IMG/VR virus record: IMGVR_UViG_3300034073_001024
Location: 1 to 55,227 of that record
DNA from: a virus
Taxonomy: Duplodnaviria; Caudoviricetes
Strand: one strand, 5' to 3'
DNA length: 55,227 bases
Both the position numbers and the translations under genes were made by a program. Position 1 is the first letter of the stretch. Each line of letters opens with the position of its first letter. Positions 35,046-43,782 of this stretch are shown in pieces. The notes below the pieces were generated by a model. That model did no database searches. It saw nothing but the letters and a program-made list of their open reading frames with translations, and was not told the origin of the DNA.

Positions 35046-35069
35046 TGCGGGGATGCGACTGGCGGCAGG

Positions 35070-35384
35070 CTACGCACTCCTCCGTTGCCAATTGGCAACC
35101 AAGTCAACCAGCTTGCCGTGTTTATCCGCCAAGTCGTCGTGCGCCGTTTCGAGTTGATCAATCCTGTCGCACAAGGAGATCACAAGATCCGACAGATCAT
35201 TGTGCTTGCTATGGATGTCTAGTCCGCCGGACTGTTGAGCCAGCCCGGCTTCAATCCATCCGCGCAACAGTGCGGCAACAGTGCGGCGTTCGGACTGAGC
35301 GTAGGCCCGAAGCTGTTCCAAGAGTTCAGACGGCAGCTCAAAGCTCAGCTGGCTGCCCTTGCGATTGCGAATTGATGCAGTCAT
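35070..35384 (-). CDS. Ribbon-helix-helix protein with coiled coil
   Basis: QLSFELPSELLEQLRAYAQSERRTVAALLRGWIE. Confidence 0.65.
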   Translation of the reverse strand: MTASIRNRKGSQLSFELPSELLEQLRAYAQSERRTVAALLRGWIEAGLAQQSGGLDIHSKHNDLSDLVISLCDRIDQLETAHDDLADKHGKLVDLVANWQRRSA

Positions 35385-36760
35385 CCAACTTGCCTCCGTT
35401 GTTGTTTGTGTTGACGTGCCGCGTAGACATGCTTCGCCCATGCGGTGGGGTTTTTGTAGCCGCGTTGGTGGCCGAGGGCGATCAGATCCTGGAGGCTCTG
35501 CGCGCTGCCTTGTTCGCGGCGCTGCTCACGGCGTTGCAACTCCACCAGCTCGCCATCAACCACCTTCAGCTCACGCGCCTCCTGCGGTGCAAACACATGC
35601 CCGCATTCGCGGCAGATCTGTGCAGTGCTGGCGCTAGTGGCGAAGCACTTGGGGCATACCTTCACGCTGGGTGCGGTTTCGCGGTCGCGTTTCTTGATGC
35701 CATCCAAGCTCCATTCACGCTCCTCTAGGTGGTGGCCAAGGCGAAGCGTATTGCCGACGTGATCGAGCACCACCGCAGCAGGCTTGCCCGGTGCTGGCCG
35801 CAGGCATCGGCCGATCATCTGCAGGTGCAGGCTGACGCTCTGCGTTGGCCGCAGCAGGATGCAGCCGCCGACGCTTGGCACGTCCACGCCTTCACCGATC
35901 AATGCGCAGCTGGTGAGCACCTTCAACCGGCCGGTTTCCAGCGCCTGCAGCAGATCGCGCCGCTGCTCGCCGGTCATGCTGCCGTCGATGCTGGCGGCTG
36001 GCACGCCTTGGCTGATAAACAGCTGCGCCACTGCTTCGGCATGGGCCACTGAGCAGCAGAACGCAATCGCCGTCCGCCCGCTCAGGTGTTTGCGGTAGTG
36101 GCTGCAGCAGTCGCCCATGATCGTCGTCACCCGCTGCTCCGCTTGCTTGGCATCGAAGTCGCCCATCCGCTTACGCAGCCCGGCAGCATCAAACCCAGGT
36201 GGTGCCAGCACACGGGCAGCCGCTAGGTAGCCGTTGTCCGTGAGCCATTTGGCAGTTGGCCCTTGCACCATCACCTCATACCACTCGCCGAGGCCGCGGC
36301 CGTCACCGCGAATTGGAGTCGCAGTAACGCCCATCAGCTTGGCGGCAGAGAAGTGGCTGATCACATTGGCCCATGTGCCCGCATTGCTGTGGTGGCACTC
36401 ATCAACCACCAGCAGCTGGAAGAAATCACGCGGCAGCTTGTGCAGCCTGCGGGCCAGTGTCTGCACGCTGGCAACCTGCACGGCATGGCTTAGGTCCATG
36501 CTTCGGCCGGCGGCGATGCGACCATGCCTGACGCACATACGCTGCAGGCTGCGGCTGGCTTGATCCAGCAGTTCCGCGCGATGTACCAAGATGCACACGC
36601 GGTTGCCTTTCTTGGCGGCTGATTGGGCAATGTGGCTGAAAATAACCGTCTTGCCGCCACCGGTGGGCAGCACGGCCAGAACGCTGCGCTTGCCCAGTTG
36701 GTACTGCCCGCGTATCTCTGTGACCAGCTGTTGCTGGTAGGGGCGGAGTTGAATAGACAT
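35381..36760 (-). CDS. SF2 (DExH, RadD/YejH-like) helicase with C-terminal Zn finger
   Basis: LRPYQ, PTGGGKT, DECHH, TATP, EGVDVP, QMIGRCLR, CPKC..CREC. Confidence 0.93.
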   Translation of the reverse strand: MSIQLRPYQQQLVTEIRGQYQLGKRSVLAVLPTGGGKTVIFSHIAQSAAKKGNRVCILVHRAELLDQASRSLQRMCVRHGRIAAGRSMDLSHAVQVASVQTLARRLHKLPRDFFQLLVVDECHHSNAGTWANVISHFSAAKLMGVTATPIRGDGRGLGEWYEVMVQGPTAKWLTDNGYLAAARVLAPPGFDAAGLRKRMGDFDAKQAEQRVTTIMGDCCSHYRKHLSGRTAIAFCCSVAHAEAVAQLFISQGVPAASIDGSMTGEQRRDLLQALETGRLKVLTSCALIGEGVDVPSVGGCILLRPTQSVSLHLQMIGRCLRPAPGKPAAVVLDHVGNTLRLGHHLEEREWSLDGIKKRDRETAPSVKVCPKCFATSASTAQICRECGHVFAPQEARELKVVDGELVELQRREQRREQGSAQSLQDLIALGHQRGYKNPTAWAKHVYAARQHKQQRRQVG

Positions 36761-37414
36761 CTACCAGGCTCGCTGCTTTTGCGTGGCAATGCGATCCATT
36801 GGCCATTGGCGGTCAATTCGATGTTTCATTGCCGAATAAGAAAGATTGAACTCTCTAGCCCAGTCCGCGATGCTCATTGTCATTCCGCGCCAAGTGATCA
36901 TGTGATTTCTGGTTGTGTTATTCATCTGCATCAGTGGCGTAACGATACGGCAATTCGACGGCGAATAATTACCATCAACATTGATTCGATCAAGTTGCAT
37001 TCCTTTTTGATAGCCAGCCGCCAAAGCCCATCGGTAGAAATTATGGCGACCTTCAATGTTTAGCCATTCATCGCAGACCTTGATGCCGCGTGCGCCGTAG
37101 CAGTACCATCTGTCACTTCGCGGATCGGTGCATCGCTTGATCATGTTTTGATAGCAGTCTTTAAGTGGCCGGCGAAGCTCAAGAGGGATGTATTTGTTTT
37201 CTTTGCGACCCTTATTGCAGTTGTTGATTGCAGCTTCAATAGAGCCACAGCCGCAACTTGCAACTGTTCCATTGCGCAGCAATGCTGTTCTGACTATGTT
37301 TTCGCCACCGCAATCGCATTTGCAGTACCAATGAGCGCCATTTTTGCTGTAAGCAAAGCGCTCAACAACAAGTCGTCCAAAGCGCTGCCCGGTCAGCTCG
37401 ATTCTTTGGCCCAT
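36761..37414 (-). CDS. Free-standing HNH-type homing endonuclease
   Basis: LTGQRFGRLVV, WYCKCDCG, SCGC, YGARGIKVCDEW, LDRINVDGNYSPSNCR. Confidence 0.85.
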   Translation of the reverse strand: MGQRIELTGQRFGRLVVERFAYSKNGAHWYCKCDCGGENIVRTALLRNGTVASCGCGSIEAAINNCNKGRKENKYIPLELRRPLKDCYQNMIKRCTDPRSDRWYCYGARGIKVCDEWLNIEGRHNFYRWALAAGYQKGMQLDRINVDGNYSPSNCRIVTPLMQMNNTTRNHMITWRGMTMSIADWAREFNLSYSAMKHRIDRQWPMDRIATQKQRAW

Positions 37415-37450
37415 ACAGCCTACGTTGCAGGATTGATGGATCCTAGCACA

Positions 37451-37528
37451 AGCCCGCGCGCCAGACGCATAGGCCTGGTGCAGATCAGTGAGTGCCTTCT
37501 GCTGGCGTGGTCGGAGTTGGATTGTCAT
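37451..37528 (-). pseudogene. Orphan helicase N-terminal stub (26 codons)
   Basis: MTIQLRPRQQKALTDLHQAYASGAR aligns with helicase start MSIQLRPYQQQLVTEIRGQYQLGKR. Confidence 0.65.
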
Positions 37529-38487
37529 ATCATCAGCTCCGCTTGCTCGGTGTCACCTTCGGCCACGGCGGAAGCCTCAAGGTTGCGCACCGCTTGGCGG
37601 TAGTAGCTGGGTTTCAGTTCAATGCCAACGCCGCGCCGGCCGGCTTGAACTGCGCCGTAAACCTCAGAGCCGACGCCCATAAACGGGGTGAGCACTGTCT
37701 CGCCCGGGTTGCTCCACATCACTACAGCGCGATCAATCACATCCAATTGCAGCGGGTGCACGTGCTTCTCGTCTTCGCCATCCTTGGCAGAGCGAAATGG
37801 AAGCACATTGTCGATCCTGATGTCATCCCACACGCTTGAGGCGTATTGGCGCCAAATCCACTGGCTGTACTGATTCTTCTTTTGATCGCCACTCATGCCG
37901 CGATAGGGCATCACATCAGCTGGAATGTTGCGCTCGCCGCTGTAATGCAGCAATCCGACATCATGAGTAACCGGCACAGGATTTTCGCCCTTGCGGCGGA
38001 ACATCAGCAAGTAATCAGCGTTTGCGATGCTGTTGCGCGTTGAGTCTTCGCAGAGAGTCTTATGGTGCAAACTCTTCATCATGGTTCGATTGCGCACCAT
38101 TAGCGGTTCTTTCCAGATCACGCGGCGGCCGCCGTAGGCAAACCCTCGGGCCTCATGCTCGCGAATGATGCGACCGGGTAAGTCAAACATCGAATCGCAG
38201 CCTGCATTGCTCAGTGGGATGTCCATGCAATGCACAGCTGAAATGCGGCCAGGCATTGTGATCCGCTTGATTTCATCAATGCAAAAACCGTAGTGATCAA
38301 AAAACTCGTCATAGTTAATGCAGTTCGACATATCGCGATCATCGCTGCTGTATTGATACAGGCCAGCAAACGGCGGTGAGTACACCGTGAGATGCACCGA
38401 CGCATCGCGCAGTTCCTTCATCACCTCGATGCAGTCGCCGTTGTAGATCGCGTAACGATCAGTCAGCAGTTGATCTTTTACAGCCAT
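37525..38487 (-). CDS. DNA methyltransferase, beta class (N4-C/N6-A)
   Basis: Motif IV YSPPF near the N-terminus; motif I VLTPFMGVGS near the C-terminus; GIELK. Confidence 0.9.
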   Translation of the reverse strand: MAVKDQLLTDRYAIYNGDCIEVMKELRDASVHLTVYSPPFAGLYQYSSDDRDMSNCINYDEFFDHYGFCIDEIKRITMPGRISAVHCMDIPLSNAGCDSMFDLPGRIIREHEARGFAYGGRRVIWKEPLMVRNRTMMKSLHHKTLCEDSTRNSIANADYLLMFRRKGENPVPVTHDVGLLHYSGERNIPADVMPYRGMSGDQKKNQYSQWIWRQYASSVWDDIRIDNVLPFRSAKDGEDEKHVHPLQLDVIDRAVVMWSNPGETVLTPFMGVGSEVYGAVQAGRRGVGIELKPSYYRQAVRNLEASAVAEGDTEQAELMI

Positions 38488-39911
38488 TGGGGAACCTTGG
38501 TGTTGTTGGTGTAGAGATTGGTGCGATTGACTGTTGTGGCATCATTCATCTGAGCCACCAGCTGCTCAAACATTTGTGCGGCGCGGTCAGCCTTGGAGCG
38601 CATATTGGCCAAAACTCGCGCTTCGCCTTCGGTTGCAATTACATCAACCACAACAGGACGCTTCTGGCCAAATCGCCAGCAACGCCTCACGGATTGATAA
38701 TGCTGCTCATAGCTATGGCTAGCGAAAGTGACAACATGGGCGCAATGCTGCCAGTTAAGGCCCCATGCGCCAATCTTTGGCTTGATCACCAAAACACGCT
38801 GGCGGCCATCAGCAAAAGCGTCGTACAGCTCAATCTTTCGCGCATCCGGTGTTCGGCCGGCGATCTGAGCGGCGTCGGGAATCAGCTGCTCCAGTAGGTC
38901 ACCTTCTGCGTTGGTGTGGCACCAAATCACAGCCGGCTGGTCATGGTCAACCAGCTGGGCGGCAAACTCGCAGCGTTCGTTGATCGTGCGCTTTCGTTCT
39001 TCGCGTTCCTCGCCAAGGCCGAATGCTGGAATCGAGAACAGCATCCCTTCTGGCGGTGGCGCAGCGATCACGTGATCACGTTCGGTCAAGGCAGGCAGAA
39101 TGAACCGCTCATCACTGAAGCCAAGGTCTGACGGATACCGGCACGCTCTTGCCCAGCTAGCAACCCAGCGCCAGAAGTGCTCGCGCGCGTGATGTTTCAG
39201 TCGCCACTGGCCAATGGTTTGCGATACGCGAAAGGCAAGCTTTTTGTAATAGTTTGCATTTGCCTCAAGCATTGCCTCGGCTTGCTGTTGCAATCGCTCC
39301 TCACGTTTCTGTCCCTTGTCGTCAAGCTGCGCAAAAAATCGCCGCAGCATATCGCTATAGGACAGCTCGCCAAGCGCCTCAGATGAGTTGCCTAGCTCGG
39401 TGTAGTCATTCGGCGCCGCTGTTGCTGTCGCCAGCAAGCGATACGGCATCTTGGACATAAACCGAGTGATCGCTTTCCGCGTTGATCCATTGAATGACTT
39501 AAGGATGCTGCTCTCATCGCAAACGACAGCGCCGAAATCATCTGCATTGAACAGATGCAACTTGTCGTAATTAGTAACCACAATCCGGCCCGGCACGCTG
39601 CCGTCGCTGCTGCGGTGGCATTCGATGCCGAACTTTTCGCCTTCGCGGATGGTTTGCGCTGCTACAGCCAATGGCGTCAAGATCAGCACTGGCCGATCGG
39701 TGTAGCGAGCCACGTTTTCGGCCCAGGTGAGCTGCATGGCCGACTTGCCGAGTCCGCAATCAGCGAAGATCGCCGCGCGGCCTTTGCGTACCGCCCACTC
39801 CACCAGCGATCGCTGAAAATCAAACAGCTGGTCAGGCATGAACACCGGCTCAAAGCCATGCTCAGCGCCGACCTGTAGCTTTCGATCTAGGAACTCCTCG
39901 TAGCTCGCCAT
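38478..39911 (-). CDS. SNF2-like helicase
   Basis: FDFQ, ADCGLGKS, DESSILK, TATAAPND, GLNWQH, QSVRRCWRFGQ. Confidence 0.9.
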   Translation of the reverse strand: MASYEEFLDRKLQVGAEHGFEPVFMPDQLFDFQRSLVEWAVRKGRAAIFADCGLGKSAMQLTWAENVARYTDRPVLILTPLAVAAQTIREGEKFGIECHRSSDGSVPGRIVVTNYDKLHLFNADDFGAVVCDESSILKSFNGSTRKAITRFMSKMPYRLLATATAAPNDYTELGNSSEALGELSYSDMLRRFFAQLDDKGQKREERLQQQAEAMLEANANYYKKLAFRVSQTIGQWRLKHHAREHFWRWVASWARACRYPSDLGFSDERFILPALTERDHVIAAPPPEGMLFSIPAFGLGEEREERKRTINERCEFAAQLVDHDQPAVIWCHTNAEGDLLEQLIPDAAQIAGRTPDARKIELYDAFADGRQRVLVIKPKIGAWGLNWQHCAHVVTFASHSYEQHYQSVRRCWRFGQKRPVVVDVIATEGEARVLANMRSKADRAAQMFEQLVAQMNDATTVNRTNLYTNNTKVPQWL

Positions 39912-40183
39912 CAAACCTCCGGGCAGCGCTTACGGGCAGCATCCATCGCAGCAGCGCCATCAATGCGGACGGTTTCACCGTGGCGCGTGACGGTTGCAGT
40001 CGGTGATGGCAGCTCCGAATCCCAGGCGTATTCGACGGCCTGGCGGATGGAATCACGCAGGCTGGTGCCTTGCAGCCGCAGCAGGCAGAACCGTGCCGCA
40101 TACAGCTCAGGGTCAATCGCACCGGCATGAGCGGCCGGTAGCAGCAGTGCCGCCGCAGCGGCAGCGAGGGTGAATCGTCTCAT
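39911..40183 (-). CDS. Secreted hypothetical protein
   Basis: Signal peptide MRRFTLAAAAAALLLPAAHA; two Cys. Confidence 0.65.
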   Translation of the reverse strand: MRRFTLAAAAAALLLPAAHAGAIDPELYAARFCLLRLQGTSLRDSIRQAVEYAWDSELPSPTATVTRHGETVRIDGAAAMDAARKRCPEV

Positions 40184-40203
40184 TGGTTGAGCAGTTGGGA
40201 TTA

Positions 40204-40234
40204 GCCGGGATTGGGTGCGGCTCCGGCGGGCCGC
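40204..40234 (-). repeat. Intergenic pseudoknot repeat, copy D
   Basis: GCGGC CC GCCGGA GCCGC ACCCAA TCCCGGC; about 32 nt identical to copy B. Confidence 0.8.
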
Positions 40235-40242
40235 GGTGGAGG

Positions 40243-40608
40243 TCAATCCACCAGTTCGGTGATGATGCCCAGTCGCTTGGCATTGCGCCAGATCTCGCGG
40301 GCTTCTTCCACGTTGTCGATCGCGCGGTAGTAGCTGTCGCGGCCCCACTCCTTGTATTGACCGCTGATTTTCCAAGTCCGGCGGCGCAGCTCAGCGCCGC
40401 TAAACCGGCCGTTGTTGACCCATACGGTCAGCACGACATCTGAGCAGTTGCCGATGAAGGCGTTCAGATCACGCAGGTTGCCGCTGGCGCCACAGGCGAA
40501 GCAGTCGCCGTTCTGCACGTGGCTGTAATGCGGCAGTTTGCCGGTGCCATTGCAAAACGGGCAAGTGACCGTTGCGTTATGGAGCTTGCGGGGTGCGGTG
40601 GCGGTCAT
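40243..40608 (-). CDS. DnaJ-type Zn-finger protein
   Basis: CPFCNGTG...GDCFACGASG. Confidence 0.65.
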   Translation of the reverse strand: MTATAPRKLHNATVTCPFCNGTGKLPHYSHVQNGDCFACGASGNLRDLNAFIGNCSDVVLTVWVNNGRFSGAELRRRTWKISGQYKEWGRDSYYRAIDNVEEAREIWRNAKRLGIITELVD

Positions 40609-40631
40609 GACTCTCGGTTCGGGATGTGCAA

Positions 40632-40660
40632 AGCATACCACCCTAGGCAGCCGTGCGCAA
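40632..40660 (-). promoter_or_regulatory. sigma70-like early promoter
   Basis: TTGCGC-N17-TATGCT, with TG at the extended -10 position. Confidence 0.65.
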
Positions 40661-40730
40661 CCGGGGTCGGCGGATGCTGTGCGGTTCAGCTCGCCGCAGC
40701 CGGTTAGGTGGCCGATGATCTTGGGGTGGG

Positions 40731-41033
40731 TCATTGGCACAGATGGCGGCGATGCAGGTTTGCGCTAAGGCTGAATTGAACCGGATCCCTGCCCTCGTAC
40801 CGATCAAACAAGACCTCTTGATTGGTTTCGTAGCAAGCCAGCAGCCGGTTACGCCCATCGAGCAACTCACCGTTGCGCCACAAGGTGATGGGCTGGGCAA
40901 GACCGCGCTCTTTGATGTCGGCGCACAGCTCTAAGAACTCTTGCTCCGGCAGCATGGGAAAGATGTCGGCCGCCGGGTGAATGCTGGTGATCTCTGGATA
41001 ATGCTCAAGGATCTCCCTCAGCTCAGGTGCCAT
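40731..41033 (-). CDS. ParB/Srx N-terminal-like domain protein, apparently truncated
   Basis: HPAADIFPML...DIKERGL..PI...LLDGRNRL.AC...SANLHRRHL, then stop. Confidence 0.7.
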   Translation of the reverse strand: MAPELREILEHYPEITSIHPAADIFPMLPEQEFLELCADIKERGLAQPITLWRNGELLDGRNRLLACYETNQEVLFDRYEGRDPVQFSLSANLHRRHLCQ

Positions 41034-41058
41034 AGGGCATTGCGTCAAGTGCCTGCTG

Positions 41059-41081
41059 AGCCTAGCAGCGACCGCTAGGCT
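41059..41081. promoter_or_regulatory. Divergent control region: inverted repeat with back-to-back TAGGCT boxes
   Basis: AGCCTAGC-N7-GCTAGGCT at the strand switch. Confidence 0.55.
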
Positions 41082-41104
41082 GTGCAAGCCCACCGCTACT
41101 GCCA

Positions 41105-41266
41105 ATGGAGCTAGCGCACCCGTTATCGGTTCAGTTCACACCAGAGCAGCTGGCATGGCTGGACAGTCGCCGCGTCGCCGGCTTGTCGCGTAGTGCCGTC
41201 TTGCGCCTTGTAGTCGAGGAGGCCATGCGCCACGAGCAAGCGGCGACGCGGAGCGTCAAGCGATGA
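41105..41266 (+). CDS. CopG-like ribbon-helix-helix regulator (53 aa); not in track
   Basis: PLSVQFTPEQLAWLDSRRVAGLSRSAVLRLVVEEAM; ATGA-coupled to primase. Confidence 0.7.
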   Translation: MELAHPLSVQFTPEQLAWLDSRRVAGLSRSAVLRLVVEEAMRHEQAATRSVKR

Positions 41267-43782
41267 GCGACATCAAAGACCTCGCCCGCGGCAAGTGGCC
41301 TGATCTGCTGGCGCAGCTGGGTGGCCTGACCGCAGAGCAGCTGACCGACACCCACCAGCCGTGCCCGTGTTGTGGTGGCACCGACCGTTACCGCTTTGAT
41401 GACATCGACGGCAGCGGCTCTTGGTACTGCAATCAATGCGGCGGGAAGGATGGCGCCGGCGGTGGTGGCACCGGCATGGATCTGCTGATGCGCCGCAATG
41501 GCTGGAGTTTTGCCGAGGCTGCTAAGCGGGTTGAGCAGCACCTTGGTATTGCCAGGCCGAAACCAGCTCCACCGCTGCCGCGCGGCAAGCAGTTTTGGCA
41601 ATACAGCAGTGACTTCTATGTTGTCCGCAAAGACAAGCCGGACGGAGACAAAGACATCCTCCCACTTTGGTGGGATGGCAGCAGCTGGAAGTGGAAGGCG
41701 CCGCCTGCGCCGCGTCCGTTGTACGGCAAGCGTCAGCTGACGCTCAAGCCCAATGCGCCGGTGCTGGTGGTTGAAGGCGAAAAGGCCGCTGATGCTGCCG
41801 CATCGCTGTTCCCGCAGGCAGTGGTGATCACATGGCCCAGTGGTTGCAAGGCAGCCGGCAAAGCTGACTGGTCGCCGTTGGCCGGGAGGAAGGTAACCCT
41901 ATGGCCTGATGCGGATGCTGTTGGCCGTGATGCAATGGCCAAGCTGGCCATCCGCTTGCTCAAACTTGGTGCTACGCAGGTGCGGATCGTGCAGCCGCCA
42001 GCTGATGTGCCCGAAGGCTGGGATCTAGCCGATGCCACATGGTCACCGGCCGAAGCTGCCGCCTACCTGCGCGCCAATCGCTCCGCACCAATCGAGCTGC
42101 CGGCGCTTGCGGCGCCTGATACCGAGTCCGACCGCGATCCAATACCGGAGCCGGCGCCGCTGCCAAAGCAAGGCGAAGCCTTTACGTGCCTTGGCTTTGA
42201 CAATGACGCCTACTTCTACCAGCCCAACAGCACCGGCCAGGTGATCCGGCTCGGTCGCGCCAGTCACACCGGCACCAACCTATGCGCCATTGCGCCAATC
42301 GAATACTGGCAGGCGCTCTACCCATCCAGGACCGGCACCGACTGGACATCAGCGGCATCCAGCTTGTTTGAGCTGCAGTCCCGCATCGGCATCTACGATC
42401 CGCATCGCATTCGCGGCCGCGGCGCATGGCGCGATCAAGGTCAGTCCGTACTGCACCTCGGTGATCGACTCATCATCGGCGACCGCTCCGTACCATCATC
42501 TACCGGCATTGACGGCAGCGCTTACATCTATCAGCGTCTTGCGCGCTTGACCGGGCCAGGTACAGCAAAGCCGCTCAGCCGTGACGACGCCTACATCCTT
42601 TGCGGTATCGCCGAGCGCTTCCGCTGGGAAGTGCCCGTATCAGGACTGTTGCTTGCTGGCTGGGTTGTGCTCGCGCCGGTCTGCGGTGCACTCGACTGGC
42701 GGCCGCATATCTGGATCACAGCCGGCGCCGGTTCCGGCAAATCCGCCATCCTTGAGCGCTACATCGCGCCATTGCTCGGTGACTTGTCGTTGCACGTATC
42801 CGGCAACACTTCAGAAGCTGGTCTCCGCCAGACGTTACGGGCCGATGCGCTGCCGGTGGTATTTGATGAGGCTGAATCCAACGAAAAGACCGATCAGCAG
42901 CGGATGCAGAACGTACTATCCCTAGCACGTGTCGCCAGTAGTGAATCACGCGCGCAAACAATCAAAGGCAGCGCCGATGGTGACGCACAGCGTTATGCCA
43001 TCCGAAGCATGTTTTGCATGTCGTCGATTGCAACAGCACTCAAGCAAGGTGCCGACAAATCACGTTTTGCGCAGCTCACATTACGCAATCCAGGAGATAT
43101 ACCAAAGGCGGAACGCATCGCCCATTGGGAACAGCTAGACCGTGATCTTGATCGCTACGTCACTGATCGCGTCGGGCAGCGATTGCAGGCGCGGACTGTA
43201 GCGATGATTCCAACAATACGCGAGTCAATTAAAGTCTTCACCCGTGCAGCTGCTGAAATCTTTGATAGCCAACGCCTTGGCGATCAATACGGCGCACTCC
43301 TCGGCGGCGCGTGGTCTTTGTACTCCGATGATGTAGCAACCCGCGATGAAGCGTATCAGCTGATTGAGCAGAACAGCTGGGAATCGTATTCGCAATCCAC
43401 TGAGTTGCCGGATGAAAAACGGTGTATTCAGATGATCCTTCAGCATCAAGTGCGCGTTGAATCTGATGATCGTATCTGCACCAGAACGCTTGGCGAATTG
43501 GTAGAGATCGCCGCATCGCGTCGCGTTGACCGTGAAGTGACTGCCACGCAGGCGCAAGACAGCATGTCTCGGGTTGGTCTCAAGGTGGACAACCAGCGGC
43601 AAGCGTTGCTGGTAAGCAACACCGCAGGCGCTATCGCCGCCATCCTTCGCGATACCGCATGGGCGCAGTGCTGGGCAACAGTGCTCGCGAGGCTGCCAGG
43701 TGCGCAGCGTGTCGGCTCCACTCGATTCAGTGGCGCTGGCACCGTCAGCCGCGCCATAGCGTTACAGATCGATGGTTTGTAA
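41263..43782 (+). CDS. P4-alpha-like primase-helicase (Zn ribbon, TOPRIM, NTPase)
   Basis: HQPCPCCGGTDRYRFDD...CNQCG; VVEGEK, WPDAD; Walker A AGAGSGKS; Walker B VFDEAE. Confidence 0.9.
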   Translation: MSDIKDLARGKWPDLLAQLGGLTAEQLTDTHQPCPCCGGTDRYRFDDIDGSGSWYCNQCGGKDGAGGGGTGMDLLMRRNGWSFAEAAKRVEQHLGIARPKPAPPLPRGKQFWQYSSDFYVVRKDKPDGDKDILPLWWDGSSWKWKAPPAPRPLYGKRQLTLKPNAPVLVVEGEKAADAAASLFPQAVVITWPSGCKAAGKADWSPLAGRKVTLWPDADAVGRDAMAKLAIRLLKLGATQVRIVQPPADVPEGWDLADATWSPAEAAAYLRANRSAPIELPALAAPDTESDRDPIPEPAPLPKQGEAFTCLGFDNDAYFYQPNSTGQVIRLGRASHTGTNLCAIAPIEYWQALYPSRTGTDWTSAASSLFELQSRIGIYDPHRIRGRGAWRDQGQSVLHLGDRLIIGDRSVPSSTGIDGSAYIYQRLARLTGPGTAKPLSRDDAYILCGIAERFRWEVPVSGLLLAGWVVLAPVCGALDWRPHIWITAGAGSGKSAILERYIAPLLGDLSLHVSGNTSEAGLRQTLRADALPVVFDEAESNEKTDQQRMQNVLSLARVASSESRAQTIKGSADGDAQRYAIRSMFCMSSIATALKQGADKSRFAQLTLRNPGDIPKAERIAHWEQLDRDLDRYVTDRVGQRLQARTVAMIPTIRESIKVFTRAAAEIFDSQRLGDQYGALLGGAWSLYSDDVATRDEAYQLIEQNSWESYSQSTELPDEKRCIQMILQHQVRVESDDRICTRTLGELVEIAASRRVDREVTATQAQDSMSRVGLKVDNQRQALLVSNTAGAIAAILRDTAWAQCWATVLARLPGAQRVGSTRFSGAGTVSRAIALQIDGL

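Noticed and set aside
39806-39813. HIP1 octamer GCGATCGC as a host signature
   Set aside because: Only an isolated copy was noticed; enrichment cannot be judged without counting
34400-39911. DISARM/BREX-like defence island
   Set aside because: No DrmA/DrmB, PglZ or BrxC-type genes; these helicase, MTase and nuclease types are common in phage replication arms
30232-40242. Intergenic repeats as CRISPR repeats, attC sites or stop read-through signals
   Set aside because: Dispersed with gene-sized gaps and no cas genes; no RYYYAAC/GTTRRRY ends; frame preserved in only one of four copies
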